Assembly: GCA_035285325.1 (NCBI GenBank)
Contig: JAYKJB010000021.1
Coordinates: 18,549 to 82,548, forward strand
Length of the DNA: 64,000 nt
Direction: 5' to 3'
From: Candidatus Sericytochromatia bacterium
Lineage (GTDB): Bacteria > Cyanobacteriota > Sericytochromatia > S15B-MN24 > JAQBPE01
The notes under the pieces are model-generated. The model made no database searches and was not told the DNA's origin. It worked only from the letters and a program-made list of their open reading frames with translations. Shown here piece after piece: positions 62,704-64,000 of the stretch. Each line of letters opens with the position of its first letter. Position 1 is the first letter of the stretch. The position numbers were made by a program, and so were the translations under genes.

Positions 62704-63494
62704 ACCGCCCTGACCAGATAAGCCGCCCGGTCCGTCGTGCCATCTACCGGATCAAAACGCAGGGCCGCATGGGCGGCAAGCACTTCGAAGCCCGCTCTCG
62801 CCAATGCGTGTCTCACTTGTTCGTCCGTGTAACCGCGGGCCAGGTGGCGCACCGAGATGCGCTGCCAGGTCGCGTCGTTCGAATCTTCGCGCCAGAAATA
62901 GGTCGCATCCATCGTGGCCAGACGTCTGTCGGGGCACCAGTGGGATTGCCAGAACCGCGCATACGATTCCCCCACGTGAGCATCGCGCGAGTTGCCCCAG
63001 ACGCTTTCGTACGCCAACGGGGTGTTGAGATCGAACAGCAAGTGTCCCCCCACTCGGAGCACCCGACGCATTTCACAGAGTGCCGACTGGAATGCTTCCG
63101 GATCCGTCAGGTGGTTGAGGCTGTCATAAAAACAGCAGGCCAGATCAAAGCCCTCGGGAGCCCCCAGTTCCGCCCGTTCCGGCAACCGGGTCAGGTCCGC
63201 TTGCTGCCAGCAAACACGCGTATTCCAGCGTTCCGCCCGCATCCGGGCACGGGCCAGCATGGCGGCCGAGCCATCCACCCCTGTCACCTCGAAGCGACGA
63301 CGCGCGAGGGCCACGGCCACCGCCCCCGTGCCGCAGGCCAGATCTAGCACCCGACCAGGCCGGATCCGATGCAGCGCCAGCAATTCCAGCCCGTAGCCCA
63401 GCATCTTGAGACTGAAACGTGACTGGCCACTCATGTCATAGACCGCCGCCAGTGCTTCATAGGGCCTCGATCCGGCCGGGCATTTAATTTGCAT
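62661..63494 (-). CDS. Class I SAM-dependent methyltransferase
   Basis: 'VLDLACGTGAVAVALARRRFEVTGVDGSAAM' is SAM-binding motif I. A post-I acidic residue and motif II 'CCFYDSLNHL' are present. Confidence 0.75.
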   Translation of the reverse strand: MQIKCPAGSRPYEALAAVYDMSGQSRFSLKMLGYGLELLALHRIRPGRVLDLACGTGAVAVALARRRFEVTGVDGSAAMLARARMRAERWNTRVCWQQADLTRLPERAELGAPEGFDLACCFYDSLNHLTDPEAFQSALCEMRRVLRVGGHLLFDLNTPLAYESVWGNSRDAHVGESYARFWQSHWCPDRRLATMDATYFWREDSNDATWQRISVRHLARGYTDEQVRHALARAGFEVLAAHAALRFDPVDGTTDRAAYLVRAVQASTSTSASQSRQ

Positions 63495-63829
63495 TTAACA
63501 CTCGCCCCTCAGTTGGGCCGGGCCGCAGGCAGCCGCATACCATGACGCATGAAGCAGGAAAAAATCAAGTACGGACGCAAGTGCGTGCCGTGCGGCGGGT
63601 ATATAGAAAACAGGGCTTTTGTTAAAACTATGTAAAACGAATTTAAAATTTCGCCCCTGAGCGTGCCTGCCGTCGATAACCGGTCACTTCGAGCCCGCCG
63701 ATGCTAAATTCCGGCCAAAATCGAGCCAATTTGGGGTTAGGTGCCCCTTGGCGGTCCCACTTACAATAGGAAAGTCAAGAAGATTAGCCGCTGCCCGTGT
63801 AGGCGGGTGGAAATTCCAGGAGGTTTCAA

Positions 63830-64000
63830 TTGCCGAATCTCATCTCCGACGAACTCGCTCTCGATGGTAGCACCGGGTCTGGTTTCGAAGAAGCCGGCCT
63901 CTTGCCTGAAACGGACCTGCTCTCCGGACGGCCGAGCATCGAAGAATCCGAACCCGAAGCGTCCGTGGTCGAGGACCTCGCCGAGGAAACGACGGAAGAA
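63830..64000 (+). CDS. Partial CDS (5' end only) encoding an acidic Glu/Asp-rich protein
   Basis: The TTG at 63830 is 7 nt after AGGAGG. The reading frame stays open to the window edge (LPNLISDELALDGSTGSGFEEAGLL…EETTEE). It is not in the ORF track because it is truncated. Confidence 0.35.
   Translation, partial: MPNLISDELALDGSTGSGFEEAGLLPETDLLSGRPSIEESEPEASVVEDLAEETTEE

Noticed and set aside
1-64000. CRISPR arrays, rRNA genes, insertion sequences, restriction-modification, toxin-antitoxin pairs or known anti-phage operons.
   Set aside because: I looked for regularly spaced direct repeats, transposase or integrase motifs, methyltransferase plus nuclease pairs and small adjacent ORF pairs. 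None were found beyond the items reported. The single SAM methyltransferase (62661-63494) has no nuclease partner.

Overview
This 64-kb window looks GC-rich by eye (about two-thirds G+C) and is almost entirely chromosomal bacterial housekeeping and signalling genes. I found no transposase, integrase, CRISPR array or rRNA. Genes are densely packed and often overlap by 4 nt. The six-frame track contains many antisense shadow ORFs, as expected at this GC content, and they are not called. Several track 'M' starts are GTG or TTG.

The gene mix points to a diderm host with Gram-positive-type regulators. An LptF/G-family permease sits next to an LptD/OstA-like outer-membrane protein, while the rapZ-yvcK-whiA trio and a long-form hpf are of the Gram-positive type. 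Lineage is uncertain (Deinococcus-Thermus-like or another deep-branching phylum).

Identified content:
- NADP/NAD glutamate dehydrogenase.
- A NUDIX CoA pyrophosphatase.
- A lipoate and 2-oxoacid dehydrogenase cluster: lipA, E1-beta, E2, E3, then lipB. No E1-alpha gene is present between lipA and E1-beta.
- glpD, cysE next to a cysteine dioxygenase-like cupin, a class-I aminotransferase, birA, and a subtilase.
- A Ser/Thr signalling island: an active Ser/Thr protein kinase (STPK) with two zinc ribbons and a LivJ-like periplasmic sensor, a pseudokinase-PP2C fusion, a zinc-ribbon FHA protein, and an HTH-TPR regulator translationally coupled to a lipoprotein.
- An MsbA-like ABC exporter, tatC, a Cof-type HAD hydrolase, and a BatA/BatB-like VWA operon.
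- tRNA-Leu(GAG) followed by a clean rho-independent terminator, then recD2, a DksA/TraR zinc-finger protein and a SAM methyltransferase.

The most unusual element is a 1600-aa protein encoded antisense between lpdA and lipB. Its order is pseudokinase, STAND-like P-loop NTPase, long TPR array, GAF, GGDEF. Both enzymatic ends look inactive: the kinase catalytic loop reads HGHLAAHAV and the GGDEF motif reads GGEAF. The RxxD inhibitory c-di-GMP-binding site (I-site) is retained, so it looks like a c-di-GMP-sensing scaffold rather than an enzyme.

Other things worth a second look:
- The orphan E1-beta.
- Shared 'CPxCxAEN' zinc-ribbon modules on the kinase and the FHA protein.
- An AT-rich operator-like element with tandem CACAAGTT and TTCGAA palindromes upstream of a small winged-helix gene.
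- A 24-nt tandem repeat at the window start.
- Clustered GC hairpins after a small gene.
- An AT-rich, roughly 330-nt non-coding stretch at the window end.
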